Assembly: GCA_951406725.2 (NCBI GenBank)
Contig: OX597834.1
Location: forward strand, 40,362,001-40,426,000
Direction of reading: 5' to 3'
Source: Octopus vulgaris
Taxonomy: Eukaryota
Length of the DNA: 64,000 nt
A program made the position numbers and the translations under genes. Under the pieces are notes generated by a model. It did not search any database and was not told the DNA's origin. It saw only the letters and a program-made list of their open reading frames with translations. Shown piece after piece: positions 12,438 to 27,582 of the stretch (its first letter is position 1; every line of letters begins with the position of its first letter).

Positions 12438-12860
12438 AGGCGCAGAAGTGGCTGTGTGGTAAGAGCTTCCCAACCACATGGTTCTCGGTTCAGTTCCACT
12501 GCGTAACACCTTGGGCAAGTGTATTCTACTATAGTCTTCGGACCGACCAAAACCTTGTGAGTGGATTTAATAGAGAGAAACCGAAAGAAGTTCATCGTAT
12601 ATAAATATGTGTGTGTGTGTGTGTGTGTGTTTGTGCGTCTTTGTTTGCCCCCCACCACCACCACCACCATCGCTTGACAACCGATGTTGGTGTGCTTACG
12701 TCTCCCGTAACTTAGCGGTTCAGCAAAAGAGACCGGTAGAATAAGTACTAGGCTTACAAAGAATAAGTCCTGGGGTCGATTTGCTCGACTAAAAGCTGTG
12801 CTCCAGCATGTCCGCAGTCAAATATCTGAAACAAGTGAAAGAGTAAAAGAGTAAAAGAGT
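12438..12860 (+). mobile_element. Family B SINE, near full length
   Basis: Runs from the head GGCGCAGAAGTGGCTGTGTGGTAAG to the tail CTGAAACAAGTGAAAGAGTAAAAGAGTAAAAGAG. Confidence 0.85.
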
Positions 12861-13224
12861 GTAAGGGAAATGGTTAACCCATTGCCGTTCCTGTGAAATA
12901 CGTGCAATACACAGGACATGGTTCCCTGGCGTCCGTGCATCATTTATGATACATTTCCCAATGGTTTTTCCGACAACCAGATTTGCTTGAGAATTGTAAA
13001 TGCAAAGTTTCATATTGCTGAAGACGTATACCGTAAGAGCTTATTAAAAGTCCGAAGACAAACGTGGACGTTTAGAACAAATTCATGAAAATGTTTTCCA
13101 CGGACAAGAGGGTGAAGCTAACACAGATCGATCCAGCAGACTTGTGATCAGAGGAATTCCAGCCGTGACCATTCCGCCTTTTAAATAGTAATAGCTGTAA
13201 GACTACATTGGTTTGTTTTCTTAA

Positions 13225-13584
13225 GGACCGGCGAGCTGGCAGAAACGTTAGCACGCCGGGCGAAATGCGTAGCCGTATTTCGCCTGCCGCTACGTTCTGA
13301 GTTCAAATTCCGCCAACGTCGACTTTGCCTTTCATTCTTTCGGGGTCGATAAATTAAGTACCAGTTACGCACTGGGGTCGATATAATCGACTTAATCCGT
13401 CTGTCTGCCTTTCTTTGTCTCCTCTGTGTTTAGCCCCTTGTGGGTAGTGAAGAAATAGGTATTTCGTCTGCCGCTACGTTCTGAGTTCAAATTCTGTCCA
13501 GGTCGACTTTACCTTTTACCTTTTCCGGGTCGATGAAATAAAGACCAATCGACACTTGTTGACTTTGTGCCAAAATTTGAAACC
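13225..13584 (+). mobile_element. Family A SINE (tail 1) fused to a partial second family A copy (tail 3)
   Basis: GGCGAGCTGGCAGAAACGTTAGCACGCCGGGCG...GTTCAAATTCC...GTCGACTTTGCCTTTCAT...AGCCCCTTGTGGGTAGTGAAGAAATA|GGTATTTCGTCTG...GTGCCAAAATTTGAAACC. Confidence 0.85.
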
Positions 13585-14173
13585 ATTTTTTTCAATGACG
13601 CCTTCTTTTCCATGACCGTGTAATTTTAGGGCAATGTGGTTATATTTCTAGCAAAAAGACCGACCTTGCGGAGCCCCTTTTGGCTCAATAACAGAGCAGG
13701 GATCAATACTGCACTGATAAAATATTATTTGATCGAGCACCAAATAGAGATTTGAAAGCAACACTGCAGATAGACTCGTCGATCGGCAACAATGGAACAG
13801 AATGGACTTGACACCCCTATAGGCGGGAGATGAACTCTACCCTCCTATGTTAACAGTTTCTTACATCTCGATGGAGATTACGGTCTTACACTCTTTCCTT
13901 TCATACGTACGGACGTACATGGGTGTATACGTTTATATACCTGCGTTTATATAAGTACGTGCATACATACATGTATTCAAGCATGCATACATTCATAGGT
14001 GCATTTGAACATACATGCATGCATCTGTTTATCTATGTGTCTGTCTATCTCTCCTTTATTTCCTTCTCACTTTTCTACTCTCTTTCTCTCTCTATAGATA
14101 GATATGTAGATAGATGGAGAGAGAGAGAGAGAGAGAAAGAGAAAGAGGAGAGGAAAGAGAGAAAGAAAGACAG

Positions 14174-14217
<44 letters not shown>

Positions 14218-14262
14218 TAAATGGATAGATAGGTAGATAGAGATAGATAGATATATATATAT

Positions 14263-14306
<44 letters not shown>

Positions 14307-14322
14307 GTAGGTAGGTAGATAG

Positions 14323-14356
<34 letters not shown>

Positions 14357-14514
14357 ACAGACAGATACATAGATGTATATATATGCATATATACAGATGA
14401 ACATATATATATATGTATATATGTATATATATGCATGTATGTGTATATATATATATATACACACGCCCACACGCATATTTCACATTTACAGCATGAATGT
14501 ATGCCTTTGTGTGC

Positions 14515-14573
<59 letters not shown>

Positions 14574-15841
14574 CAGCATGTGTGTTTGTTCTACCCCAAT
14601 CTCTGCTACATGAAACAACACCAACGAAGCACATTGAAAACCCTCCAAGTCGTGTTGCCGTTGTTATTGTAATTGTTATTGTTGTTGTCGTCCGTTGTTC
14701 TGCCATAAAATCACACCAAACATTTCTCACTTCCCTCGCTTTATTAACAAATGTTTCTCTGCCTAATTAAATATATTGTTGGTTTAGCAGAACCGCGAAT
14801 ACCACTGCTTTAGTGATCGTCTTCGTGGGGGGTGGGGGGGCGGTGGTATCGATGGTGGTGGTGGTAGTAGTCGTGGTAGTAGTGGTAGTGGTGGTGGTAG
14901 TTCTACTGTGTTGGCAGCGGTATGTTTGGTGGCGGTGATGGTGGTGGCGGTGGCGGTAGTGGTGGTGGTGGTGGTGGTGGTGGTGGCGGTAGTGGTGGTG
15001 GTGGTGGCTCTTGTGGTGGTAACTGCGGCGGTGGTGGTGGTAGAGTTGTGGTAGTTGTGGTGCTAGTGTATTGGTCGTGGTATGTTTGGTGGCGGTAGTG
15101 GTGGCGGTAGTGGTGGTTGTGTGGTGGTGTTAGTGGTGGTGCTAGTGTGTTGGTCGTCGTATGTTTGGTGGCGGTGGTAACTGCGGCGGTGATGGTGGTG
15201 GTGGTGTTAGTGTGGGAGTGCTTGTAGTGACGGTAGTAGTAGTGGTGGTGCCGGTGTTTTGTAGTTATGCCGGTGATGATGCTGGTGGTGGTGGTGGTGG
15301 TGGGTTCGGATGTGGTGATGGTGGTGGTGGTTCTAATGCTGATGATGATGATGGCGGCGGCGGTGGTGAAAGTGGTGGTGATGACTGTTGCGATGGTGGT
15401 GGTGATGGTATGGTGTCGATTTGTCAATGGCGACGGTGTCAACGATGAAGCCATCGGAGACGACGGATGAAGAAACTAATTATTCAATACACGCTAGAAA
15501 GCATGTTTGAGCACCGACTGGGCCGAAGAACAAGCAGGCTCTAGCAGCGCTGACGCCTGTTTACATACACACACATGCATACATACATGCATACATACAT
15601 ACATACATGCATACATACACATACATACACACACATGCATACATACATGCATACATACATACATACATGCATACATACATACATACATGCATACATACAC
15701 ACACATGCATACATACATGCATACATACATACATACATGCATACATACATACATACATGCATACATACATACACACAAACATACATACATACATGCATAC
15801 ATACATACATACATACATACATACACACATATATATATGTC

Positions 15842-15872
<31 letters not shown>

Positions 15873-16239
15873 GTTTATAAACATGCATATGTATGTGTGT
15901 CTCTGTCTATATGTATATGTATGTATATGTATGTATATACGTGTATACATATATATGTATATATTTGTATATACATGTATATATATATATGCATGTGTAT
16001 GTATATATATATGTGGGGGTGTATGCATGTATACCTGTATACATATATACATACATGCATACATACATATATATATATATGCAATTATATATATATATAC
16101 ATGTATACATATATACATATATATATATGTATATACATATATACATACATACATACATATACATACATATATATATGAATTTATGTATGTATATGTGTAT
16201 ATATATATGTATATATATGCTGCTTTGATGTCCGTTTTC

Positions 16240-17180
16240 GATTAGAGCTCCGATTCAAGCTTTCCAAACGCATCACAAGCATTAAAACGCCCATCACTGA
16301 CCTTCTCGTATCACATCTAGATAATGCGCTACCGAAAGGGCACTTTTGCAGCATCATTATTTCATCATTAGTTGATGGATCGCGAGTTCTAGGGCAAGAC
16401 CTTTGATTACACCATAACTACTACCGTCACCTGCCTTTGATTCCCCATCGTTTTCGTAACTGCTCATTACCACCCTTTGTACTCAGATGTGCAAAGACAG
16501 AGAATAGTGGGCCCACGATTGCATGCAGCTGGTGGTACAGGGATTTTGAATCTCGTTTGCCAGCAGAAGTCTGATTTTCGCAGGCCTCTTTTTCCATCGC
16601 CACCGCGCGTTCTTTGCTGTCCGCGACTGTCAAGGATCTTAGACTTGCACCGGATAGATTTTACATCTGATAGTCTTTTCTACGAACAATCACATAATCA
16701 AGAACCTGTCAGTCACCTGAAACTTGGTTGCTTCTAAGTAACCTTATATTTATCTGTTTGCCTGAACTAAATATTGGCTAACATCAGGCGTAATGCTTAA
16801 CACAGCTGTAATAGGTGTAGCCGATTTGCATTGCACTTCCCCATTCCGTGACTTCCTATGTTACTCCAAAGTTCAGAATCACGTCCTACACAGGCATTTA
16901 GGTTCTCTAGAAGTACGAGTTTGTCATTCTTACCATCACTTCTCAGAATTGTTCTCACATCATCACAAAAGCTGCTTATTTCATCCTGGGGACTAACAAG
17001 ACTTGGTGCATAAACACTATTCACTATTTTAAATTGTTTAGAGTTAAGTCACAACCGTAGCGTGATTCTACGTTCAGAGATATCTCGAGGAAGTTCTGTC
17101 AAATGCTGCACCAAGTGCGTTTTAACTGCGAGACCAGCACCTGCTTCTCAATGTAGATTGTCTGATAGCCCCTTGTAAAA
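16240..17180 (-). mobile_element. Decayed RTE-clade LINE fragment (APE endonuclease region)
   Basis: ORF 16797-17024 (SVYAPSL...DKLVLLENLNACVGRD..LW...IGSHGMGKCNANRLHLLQLC) matches the RTE endonuclease pattern YAPT...LILLGDFNARVG...IG.HG.G..N.NG..LL..C. Flanking frames are disrupted. Confidence 0.85.
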
Positions 17181-17251
17181 CAACAACAACAACGACGACG
17201 ACGACGACGACGATTATTAGAGTATGGGCTTAACGTCGTTATAGAGGTATC

Positions 17252-17288
17252 CATGACATTTCGGACGTCAATCCTTCTTCAGAAAGTA
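17252..17288 (-). ncRNA. Decayed minimal hammerhead motif
   Basis: Minus strand reads CUGAAGA-A-GGA-uugacg-UCC-GAAAU-GUC; GAAAC appears changed to GAAAT and stem I is poor. Confidence 0.4.
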
Positions 17289-17384
17289 ATTGCATTGAAA
17301 GTGAAACTTAGCGTGAGCGAGGCACTGAGAAGATATATAATTAATAATCCCTGCATATTGAATCATGTTTTATATAGATATATA

Positions 17385-17474
<90 letters not shown>

Positions 17475-18216
17475 CACACATACACATATGTATGTGTCTG
17501 CGTGTGTGTATATATATATATGTATATATCGATATATATGTGTGTGTGTGTGTTTTTATTAATATTTAGCAGACGTTTATTCGATAAAAATATACATATA
17601 CTCATATTTTGATTTCTCTTTTTCCTGTCTGCATCAACATACCTATACATACATACATACATACATACATACATACATACATACATACATACATACATAC
17701 GCACACACACACGCATATATATATATGTATATATATATGCCTACATGTATATACATATATAGATACACACGCATGCGGGATGTATGTCTATATAGGTATG
17801 TTGCATTGATGTCACAGCGCGTGCATGTACGTCAGTACGTATAGAGCTCCGTCTAGACGATTGTATTTCCCTTTAATTATTCTTTCTCCAATTACGCAAA
17901 CTGCTTCACCTTCATTCACGTTATTCTGTTCCGCCTCGTCTGTTCTATATTTAACCTCATTTAGCGCCAGGGATCAGCCCGCCGAGTATTGATGAGTTCC
18001 ATTGTTCTGTTATGGAAGATCTTCAGCCCAGCGTTCGTTTTTATTGTTTCCAGTTTCTATATAGGATGAGCTGATATGTTTTATAATTATCTACGAATAG
18101 GTACAGATATATATATATACATATATGGGGGGGAGGGGGTGTATGTATATATGTATATATATGTATATATATGTATATATGTATGTGTATATATATGTAT
18201 GTATGTATATATATAT

Positions 18217-18262
<46 letters not shown>

Positions 18263-18574
18263 GTATATATACATATGTATATATATATATGCATGCATGT
18301 ATGTTTTGTACATATATGTGTGTATGTAGGTATGTATACATACACACAATACATAGACACACAGACACCCACCCATACACCCACACATATGTATATATAT
18401 ATATGTATATATATACATATATATATGTATGTATATGTATATATAAACACACGCACACAGACGCACGCGCACATATATAAACATATATATGTATATGTGT
18501 GTGCATGTGTGTGCGTGTACAGTGTATCAAATCTCATACACACATTTTTACTTTTTATATATAAACACACACAT

Positions 18575-18608
<34 letters not shown>

Positions 18609-19625
18609 CCACAAACAAACAAATAAATAAGCAAACACATATATACACTTACATGCTTGTCTTTGATCTCAGCATTTCCAGATTAATGAAACATTACTCG
18701 CTACATTCGAAGACATGCATGCACGCCTCCCCCACCTCCTCCTCCTCCTCCTCCCATGCCGCCGCCCCATCTGCCGATCGTTGGAATCGATATTTTGGTC
18801 CGCTGAGATGCTGTTTCCCCCCCTTGAACCTGTTGTATGCCCAGCATCATTTGCTCCCCCCTCGAAAGTATCCAGGGAAATCTAAGGTCACAACAGCGTT
18901 AACACTTTCGGGGCGTGGGGCGGAGATTGCTACAATCAACAGACACACACATACGCACACATACACACACAAACAACATACATACATGCAATCACACACA
19001 CACACATGCACACACAAACACGCACGCATACACACGCATACACGCACGCACGCACGCACGTGCACACACATACACAAACACACACATACATACACACACG
19101 CACGCACGCATACATACACGCATGCACACGACGCACGCACGTACACACACATATAATAAAGCACACACACATACACACGCACATACACACGTACGCACGT
19201 ACGTACATACACACATAAACACACTCACATACACACACGCACGCACGTACACACACATACACACACAAACACACACACACACAAATGCACACACATACAC
19301 GCATGCGCGTTCACACACATACACAAACAAATACACATACACACACAAACACGCACACATACTTAAGCACACACACGTAGGCACGTACGCACAAACACAC
19401 ACACACATGCACACACATACACGCACGCACCTACACACAGACATACCCCCCACACAAACACCCCCTCCCCCATATATATATATTTGATTCCCAACCAGAG
19501 GGTTCTGTATGAAGTCCCACAGCGCCGCATTTTGGGGCAGATGTCTTCTCCCTTAGCTTCATGTCGATCAGAGCCTTGTGAATGGACGTGGTAGGTGGAA
19601 ACTTAGAAGAAACCTGTCGTATACA

Positions 19626-19688
<63 letters not shown>

Positions 19689-19765
19689 ATGCGTGCGTGT
19701 ATATGTGCGTGTGTGATATATACATGTATTTATATACATACGTGTGTGCATATGTGTAATATATG

Positions 19766-19830
<65 letters not shown>

Positions 19831-19867
19831 TTATATTTATATGTGTATCAATGTATGTGAATCAATG

Positions 19868-19950
<83 letters not shown>

Positions 19951-20180
19951 GGGCGGCGAGCTGGCAGAGACGTTAGCACGCCGGGCGAAGTGCTTCGCGG
20001 CATTTCGTCCGTCGCTACGTTCTGAGTTCAAATTCCGCCGAGGTCGACTTTGCCTTTCATCATTTCGTGGTCGATAAATTAAGTACCTGTTACGTACTGG
20101 GATCGATGTAATCGACTTAATCCGTTTGTCTGTCCTTGTTTGTCCTCTCTGTGTTTAGCCCCTTGTGGATAATAAAGAAA
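19951..20180 (+). mobile_element. Family A SINE (tail 1), full length, between (TAGA)n and (TCTA)n
   Basis: GGGCGGCGAGCTGGCAGAG...TTTAGCCCCTTGTGGATAATAAAGAAA. Confidence 0.9.
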
Positions 20181-20182
20181 CA

Positions 20183-20367
<185 letters not shown>

Positions 20368-21159
20368 GTAGATGGACAGATAGATAGATACACACACTCA
20401 AATATAGCTAAGCAAATACGAAACTTAGAAATACCGACAAAACAAAATGTTGCTTCTGCCCGCACACATACACACGCATGGAAATAAAAATAAATATTTA
20501 CACACACACATCATATCACACAAACATCAGCATAAATACGTATATAAACATAGTATTTATATTTATTTGGCGTCTATCTATACACTCAACGCAACGTATG
20601 CACACTCACATACATATATACCGAGAGAGAGAGAGAGAGGGGTGGGGAGGGAAGATATATAGAAAGGTGAGACTGCCTCGATGATAGTGAGAGACCTCCG
20701 ATACCATTCCTGAAAGATCAAGTTTATTGAGAGTATTGGAAAGCCGAAAGTCTTAAAGTGACTAATAGTTTCAACGTGGATGGATATCGTCAGTTCAAGT
20801 GCATATGTAAGCGCGTGTGTATATGTGTGGTAATGTGCGCGCGCGTGTGTGTGTGAGTGTGTGTGAGTGTTTATACACATTGTCAGCAACCTGTGGCAGT
20901 TTATCCTAATTGGTTCGCCTCTACATCTAAGCGTAAACCTTCATTAATTATTTAACAAGCATACACTGTGATGGTGATACACACACACACACGCACGCAC
21001 ATACATATGTATGTGCCCTATGAAACAGTGTAACGATGGATATATGCATACACATTTATAGCCCTGTGATAGTGATATATATGTGTGTATGTGTGTGTAT
21101 GTGTGCGTGTGTATACACAACATACAGACACAAGTATATGTATGTATATAGATACATAC

Positions 21160-21203
<44 letters not shown>

Positions 21204-21237
21204 CACGTATATATACATACATATACATTATATATAA

Positions 21238-21270
<33 letters not shown>

Positions 21271-21414
21271 AATGAAAATAGATATAATGTAATTATGTAT
21301 GTGTATGTGTCTTGTATAATATTGTGGCCGTGATGCATACGCACACACACAAACAAAATATAACATTGGTGTTGACGTACGTATACATATGCACACATCC
21401 ATATACATAAGCAC

Positions 21415-21452
<38 letters not shown>

Positions 21453-22284
21453 CTACTGTCGCTGATATACTTACATAAACGCAATTAAATACACACGCAA
21501 ACGAATACGACACACAACCACGTCTATAAACACTGACACACACACACACAGACAAACATAAACACACTGATAAACACAAACGCACATGAATACAAACGTG
21601 TGTGAATATATATACACACGCACACATACACACACACACAGACGCTTACACAAACACATACATATACGTAGATACACGTATAAACACACATGTAAACAAA
21701 CAAACAAATACACAACACACATATACTCACACACACACACATATTTTTACACATGCACACATACACTCACACACAGGCACATTCTTACACACACACACAC
21801 ACACACAAACACGCGCGCGCGCACGTTTCCGAAAATACATTATTGAAAATCATCTTTTTACATCTCTTCTAATTGCTAGCTTACTCTCCTTCTCCCCCTC
21901 TCTCTTTCACTCACTCTCTATCTCTCTCTTTCGCACCCTCCCCCTCTCTTTACTTTGCCCCCTTGATGCCCCCTCCCTCATTCTCTCTCTCTCTGATCAC
22001 ACTCCTTTCCCTTCTTCCTCTCTCCCTCCGCTCCACACCACCAGCAATTACCTCCCTTCCCTCTCCATCTCTTGTCAGGTTAACCAATCACCAAAATATA
22101 TGGCTGTCCATCAATAAATAAATATTAGTTTCCATTGAAGTTCCTTTGTTGTTTCGGTGAAAACATTGATCTTCATCACACTCCCACCCACCCACCCCTT
22201 TCCCTATCATTCTCTCTTTATTTACCTCCTCCCTACCTGACTCTCCACTTCCCTATCACCTTGCCGCCCTACTAACCTCTCAGT

Positions 22285-22345
<61 letters not shown>

Positions 22346-23244
22346 CAATCATTTCTCTCCCTCTCTCTCCCTCTCTCTCTTTCTCTCTCTTTCTCTCTAT
22401 GTATCTATCAATCTGTCTCTATTTTCCTCTTTTTGCTTTATTATAGGCATAAAGCATGAATCAATCTATGTATCTATCTATCCAATCATCTCTCTCTCTC
22501 TCTCTCTTTCCCTATCTATCTATTTGTCTGTCTATCTGTTTGTCTGATTGTCTGTCTGTATGTTTAGAAGTGGGCTCCTACTGATGACGACTCATATGCC
22601 ATGTGGCCCACTTCTCGGGGGGAGGGTAAAAAAAGGTAACCCATGCTTGTTTTAGTTGCCAGCAGCGCTTGACTGGCACTTTAAATTATCGACCCCGGAA
22701 CGATGAAAAGTCAAGCTGACCTCGACAGAACTAGAACTCAAAACGTGAAAAACAGGAATAAATTTAAGGTCAGTGGGTTTCATCAGTATCAACGACCGTA
22801 GTGCTTGATTAGAACTTCGTTTGAATTGACCCCTGGAGAGATAAGAGGTAAAGTCGACCGCGGTAGGGTTTGAACTCAAAATGTAAACAATCGGAACAAA
22901 CATCGCAAGTCACAATTATTCTCTTCATGTTCTAATGATTCTGCAATTCACCGCTTAGCTCCAAGTCGGGTCAAATCCAGATCTATGACCCAAGATGTTC
23001 CCATAAAAATCATCCTGTCTTTTAAAGAGTATCTGATTATACATTGTCCGGTGTGTCATGCGTGCATATATGGAGAAACACATTAGTTGGTTTATCAGCT
23101 TTGGGATATTAGAATGTTGTCTTATTTAATTAACAAAACGACAACCATAATAACATACATATATACAGTATAAAATTCAATACATTTAAGATAAGAAAAC
23201 AAGTAGTTATTAAAAAATTTAATATAAATTGTTAGAATCATTAA

Positions 23245-23339
23245 AATCACTTACAGCTGTTTCAGCCTGGGAAAAAAGTAATTTTTTGTGCCTTTCCTTG
23301 TTAATTATATTGAGGTTGTAGGCAGTTAAAAATGGGGTA

Positions 23340-23402
<63 letters not shown>

Positions 23403-23422
23403 ATAGGCCTCGTCAGAGATTA
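23245..23422 (-). ncRNA. Type I hammerhead motif with a (TA)n expansion inside the stem II loop
   Basis: Minus strand reads aatct-CUGACGA-GGCCU-...(AT)n...-AGGCU-GAAAC-AGCU-GUA-agtgatt. Confidence 0.65.
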
Positions 23423-23779
23423 TAAAGTACTTTCAAAATATAAATATATACATGAAACAGGATACACGTACAATTTAATATATATATATAAATATAAATA
23501 TATATCCATACATACATACACATATATATACATAAGTAAAATATATACACCTATACATGTACATAAATACATAAATAGGCACAATTAAACATACGTACAA
23601 GCATGTAGACAATTAATCATATACATATGTATGTATGTATGTTGTATGTATGTATGTATGTTGTATGTATGTATTATGTATGTGTGTGTCTGTGTGTGTG
23701 TGTATATATGTATGTATGTATGTATGTGTGTGTGTCTGTGTGTGTATATATGTATATATGTATGTGTGTGTGTGTTTGT

Positions 23780-23995
23780 GCGTCTGTGTCTGTGTGTCCC
23801 CCCCCAACGTCGCTTGACATGCGATGATGCTGGTGTGTCTACGTCCCCGTAACATTAGCGGTTCGGGAGAAACAGAACCGATAGAATAAGTACTAGGCTT
23901 TACAAAAGAATAAGTCCCGAAGGGGTCGTTTTGCTCGACTAAAAGGTGGTGCTCCAGCATGGCCGCAGTCAAATGACTGAAATAAGTAAAAGAAA
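23780..23995 (+). mobile_element. Family B SINE 3' half
   Basis: GTCCCCCCCAACGTCGCTTGAC...GCTCCAGCATGGCCGCAGTCAAATGACTGAAA. Confidence 0.8.
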
Positions 23996-24147
23996 TATAT
24001 ATATATATATATATACAGAGAAACTTACTCTCAAAAAAAGGCAATAAATATTAAGCGATTATCTCCCTTACACCGGAAGAAACCACTTATTATCTCCCCT
24101 TATCTGGAACTCTTTCTTCACACTTCTCAACGTAAACATAACGATGT

Positions 24148-24187
24148 AAGAAATTTGAAAAGCTGAACGCGAAACCGGTCATTTCTT
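24148..24187 (+). ncRNA. Decayed minimal hammerhead motif
   Basis: AAGAAAT-ttgaaaa-GC-tgaac-GC-GAAAC-CG-GTC-ATTTCTT. Stem I is a perfect 7 bp and GAAACCGGTC is present, but the core reads UUGAAAA instead of CUGAAGA. Confidence 0.5.
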
Positions 24188-24290
24188 CAAAAACTATGTC
24201 ATTGTAGGAAAAAAATTTATAACATTCTTCAGACATAATGACTCAAATATATATTTGTAGTTTTCTGTAGTTTTTTCACTTTTTGCTATT

Positions 24291-24337
<47 letters not shown>

Positions 24338-24413
24338 TACATACATACATACATACATACATACATACATACATACATACATACATACATACATACATAC
24401 ATACATACATACA

Positions 24414-24475
<62 letters not shown>

Positions 24476-24604
24476 TACATACATACATACATACATGCAT
24501 ACATACATACATACATACATACATACATACATACATACATACATACATACATACATACATACATACATACATAGATTTTTTTTCATAGCGTTCCTCCGAT
24601 GGCC

Positions 24605-24667
24605 GGATAACTGAAGAGATGGCGGCGTGAATTTCCATCTGGGCATCCGAAACTCGGAGTTTTATCT
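24605..24667 (+). ncRNA. Type I hammerhead ribozyme motif
   Basis: GGATAA-CTGAAGA-GATG...CATC-C-GAAACTC-G-GAGT-T-TTATCT: 6-bp stem I, near-palindromic stem III and a GUU triplet. Confidence 0.7.
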
Positions 24668-24706
24668 TGGCTACCGAATAATTGTCAAATATTAATTACA
24701 TTCACA

Positions 24707-24743
<37 letters not shown>

Positions 24744-25261
24744 GTATGTATGTATGTATGTATGTATGTATAGATACGCATGCATTTATTATAAACACTA
24801 TTTTTGACGTTAATTACAGAAGCTTCAAGACAAAGTTTATCAAATTATACAGACTGCAAGGCCACACCAATCTATAATAGACTGTCAGGGCATGGCTATG
24901 TCAATTATAAATTCTATATATTTACGTGTTTATTGACAGAATATTTATTGCTTATTTTCTGTATTTCTTGCCTTATGTTCTTCAGATAACGGACCATTAT
25001 TTTACTATAAATCTCCTTCGGTTTATATGTGAATATGACGTTAATTGCATTATGAAGAATTTTGTTATTCTGTTCTTGCTGTTTTTCGTCATGCAATGTC
25101 AAACAGAAAGATCGCGAAGATTTCTTTACTCGTTCCAATGAAATCGTTTTTGGTAGTTTAACGTGGACCACAACTACAATTATATTCTATTATATTCTTT
25201 GGAATTCTTCCACCCCACCAGGGTTTCCCGCTAGCCATCCAACCTTTCCGTACACACACAG

Positions 25262-25426
<165 letters not shown>

Positions 25427-25431
25427 TATGC

Positions 25432-25478
<47 letters not shown>

Positions 25479-25679
25479 GTGTGTGCGTATATATGTTATA
25501 TGTGTATACACATAAATGAATGTGCGCGTGTGTATATTTATATACATACACACACACATATATATATAGGGAGAGTTTACAAAAAAAACAAAAGGCGAAG
25601 ACATGTGGTGTACAAAGCAAACAGATGTATTAGTACATATATATATACATATATACATACATATATATATATATATGTG

Positions 25680-25715
<36 letters not shown>

Positions 25716-25837
25716 TACATATATACATATATACATATATACATATATGCGTGTGTGTGTATGTGTGTATGGATATATATATATAGGTAGATAGATATGT
25801 ATGTATGTATATATGTTTATGTATGTATGCATGTATA

Positions 25838-26125
25838 GGCGCAGGAGTGCCTGTGTGTAAGAAGCTTGCTTACTAACCGCATGGTTCCAGGTTCAGTCCT
25901 TCTGCGTGGCACCTTGCACAAGTGTCTTCTACTATACCCTCGGGCCGACCAAAGCCTTGTGAGTGGATTTGGTAGACGGAAACTGAAAGAAGCCCGTCGT
26001 ATATATAAAGAGACCGATGGAATAAGTACTAGGCTTACAAAGAATAAGTCCTGGGGTCGATTTCTTTGACTAAGGGCGGTGCTCCAGCATGACCGCAGAC
26101 AAATGACTGAAACAAATAAAAGAAT
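25838..26125 (+). mobile_element. Family B SINE with an internal deletion
   Basis: GAAGCCCGTCGTATATATA is joined directly to AAGAGACCGATGGAATAAGTACTAGG. Confidence 0.8.
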
Positions 26126-26146
26126 ATATGTATATGTATGTGCTTA

Positions 26147-26178
<32 letters not shown>

Positions 26179-26230
26179 CGTATATATGCGTATATACGTG
26201 CTTATGTATTGTGTGCATTATTCGTATGTG

Positions 26231-26342
<112 letters not shown>

Positions 26343-26743
26343 GTGTATACATGTATGCATGCATATGTATGTATATGTATATATATGCATGTGTGTGTGT
26401 TTCTGATTTATATATATGTGCATACACAACCTTCATTCAAAACATACTTACACAAACACAGCCCCCTCACGAACTCCAGATTTGGTATTTTGCCATGAAC
26501 TTTCTCCTGTCGTCCTTCAGCTAATTACACCGCTGGGTTTTCGGTTGCCATTCTTCATTTCTTTTTAGTGCCACTAAACGCTCGTAGCCAATATCATGGC
26601 TGAATATTAACGCCGGGCAAACAAAGAGAAATCATAGAATAATTCAAAAGTCTTTAATTGCTGGAATTTAATCATTAGAAATTTATTAAGTTTATTGATT
26701 CATTTCTGCGAATAACGGCGCGTTTATTATGTGTGGATATGAA

Positions 26744-27122
26744 GGCGGCGAGCTGGCAGAGTCGTTAGCACGCCGGGCGAAATGCTTAGCGGTATTTCGT
26801 CTGCCGTTACGTTCTGAGTTCAAATTCCGCCGAGATCGACTTTGCATTTCATCCTTTCGGGGTAGATTAAATAAGTACCTGTTACGCACTAGGGTCGATA
26901 TAATCGACTTAATCCGTTTGTCTGTCCTTGTTTGTCCTCTCTGTGTTTAGCCCCTTGTGTGTAGTAAAGAAATAGGTATTTCGTCTGACGCTACGTTCTG
27001 AGCTCAAATTCCGCCGAGGTCGACTTTGCCTTTTATCCTTTCGGAGTCGATAAATTAAATACCAGTTACGTACTGGGGCCTATCTAATCTAAATATCAGG
27101 CCATGTGCCTGTAGTAGAAAGG
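26744..27122 (+). mobile_element. Family A SINE (tail 1) fused to a partial family A copy (tail 2), with a 13-bp TSD-like repeat
   Basis: Junction TAAAGAAATA|GGTATTTCGTCTG at 26974/26975. ATTATGTGTGGAT occurs at 26726-26738 and 27123-27135. Confidence 0.85.
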
Positions 27123-27547
27123 ATTATGTGTGGATGGGGATGAAGGCGCTTGGAACAGTGGTTAGAGAGTTGCATTCACGATCGCAAGAACTGTTTCGAA
27201 CCCCAGATTGGCTGCGTGTTGTGCCCTTCACCTAAACACTTCATCGCCCTTTGCTCTAGTTCAACCTACTGAAGGCTCGCGACCCTCCAGTGGGTCGCGA
27301 GATAAAATGGGTTGCGACAAAAAAGTGTGAGATGCAGTATAGTGTCAACGGTGGTTCCAGAAATTCCGAGCCGGAAAATACAGCCTAGAAGACGAACATC
27401 GTCCTGGAAGATCTGTAGAGTTCAGCGAGGGCGTCCTGCAAACCCAGAAAATGAAGGAGAGTATATTGTAGATTAAAAAAGAACTTTGTTTATCTTAATT
27501 TCGAAAAATAAAAGAACTATAAAAAAAACCGCATTTATAGGATAACC

Positions 27548-27582
<35 letters not shown>

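Noticed and set aside
22565-22615. Hairpin AGAAGTGGGC...GCCCACTTCT enclosing CTGATGA
   Set aside because: There is no GAAA half of a hammerhead core, and the inner stem pairs too poorly for a pre-miRNA.
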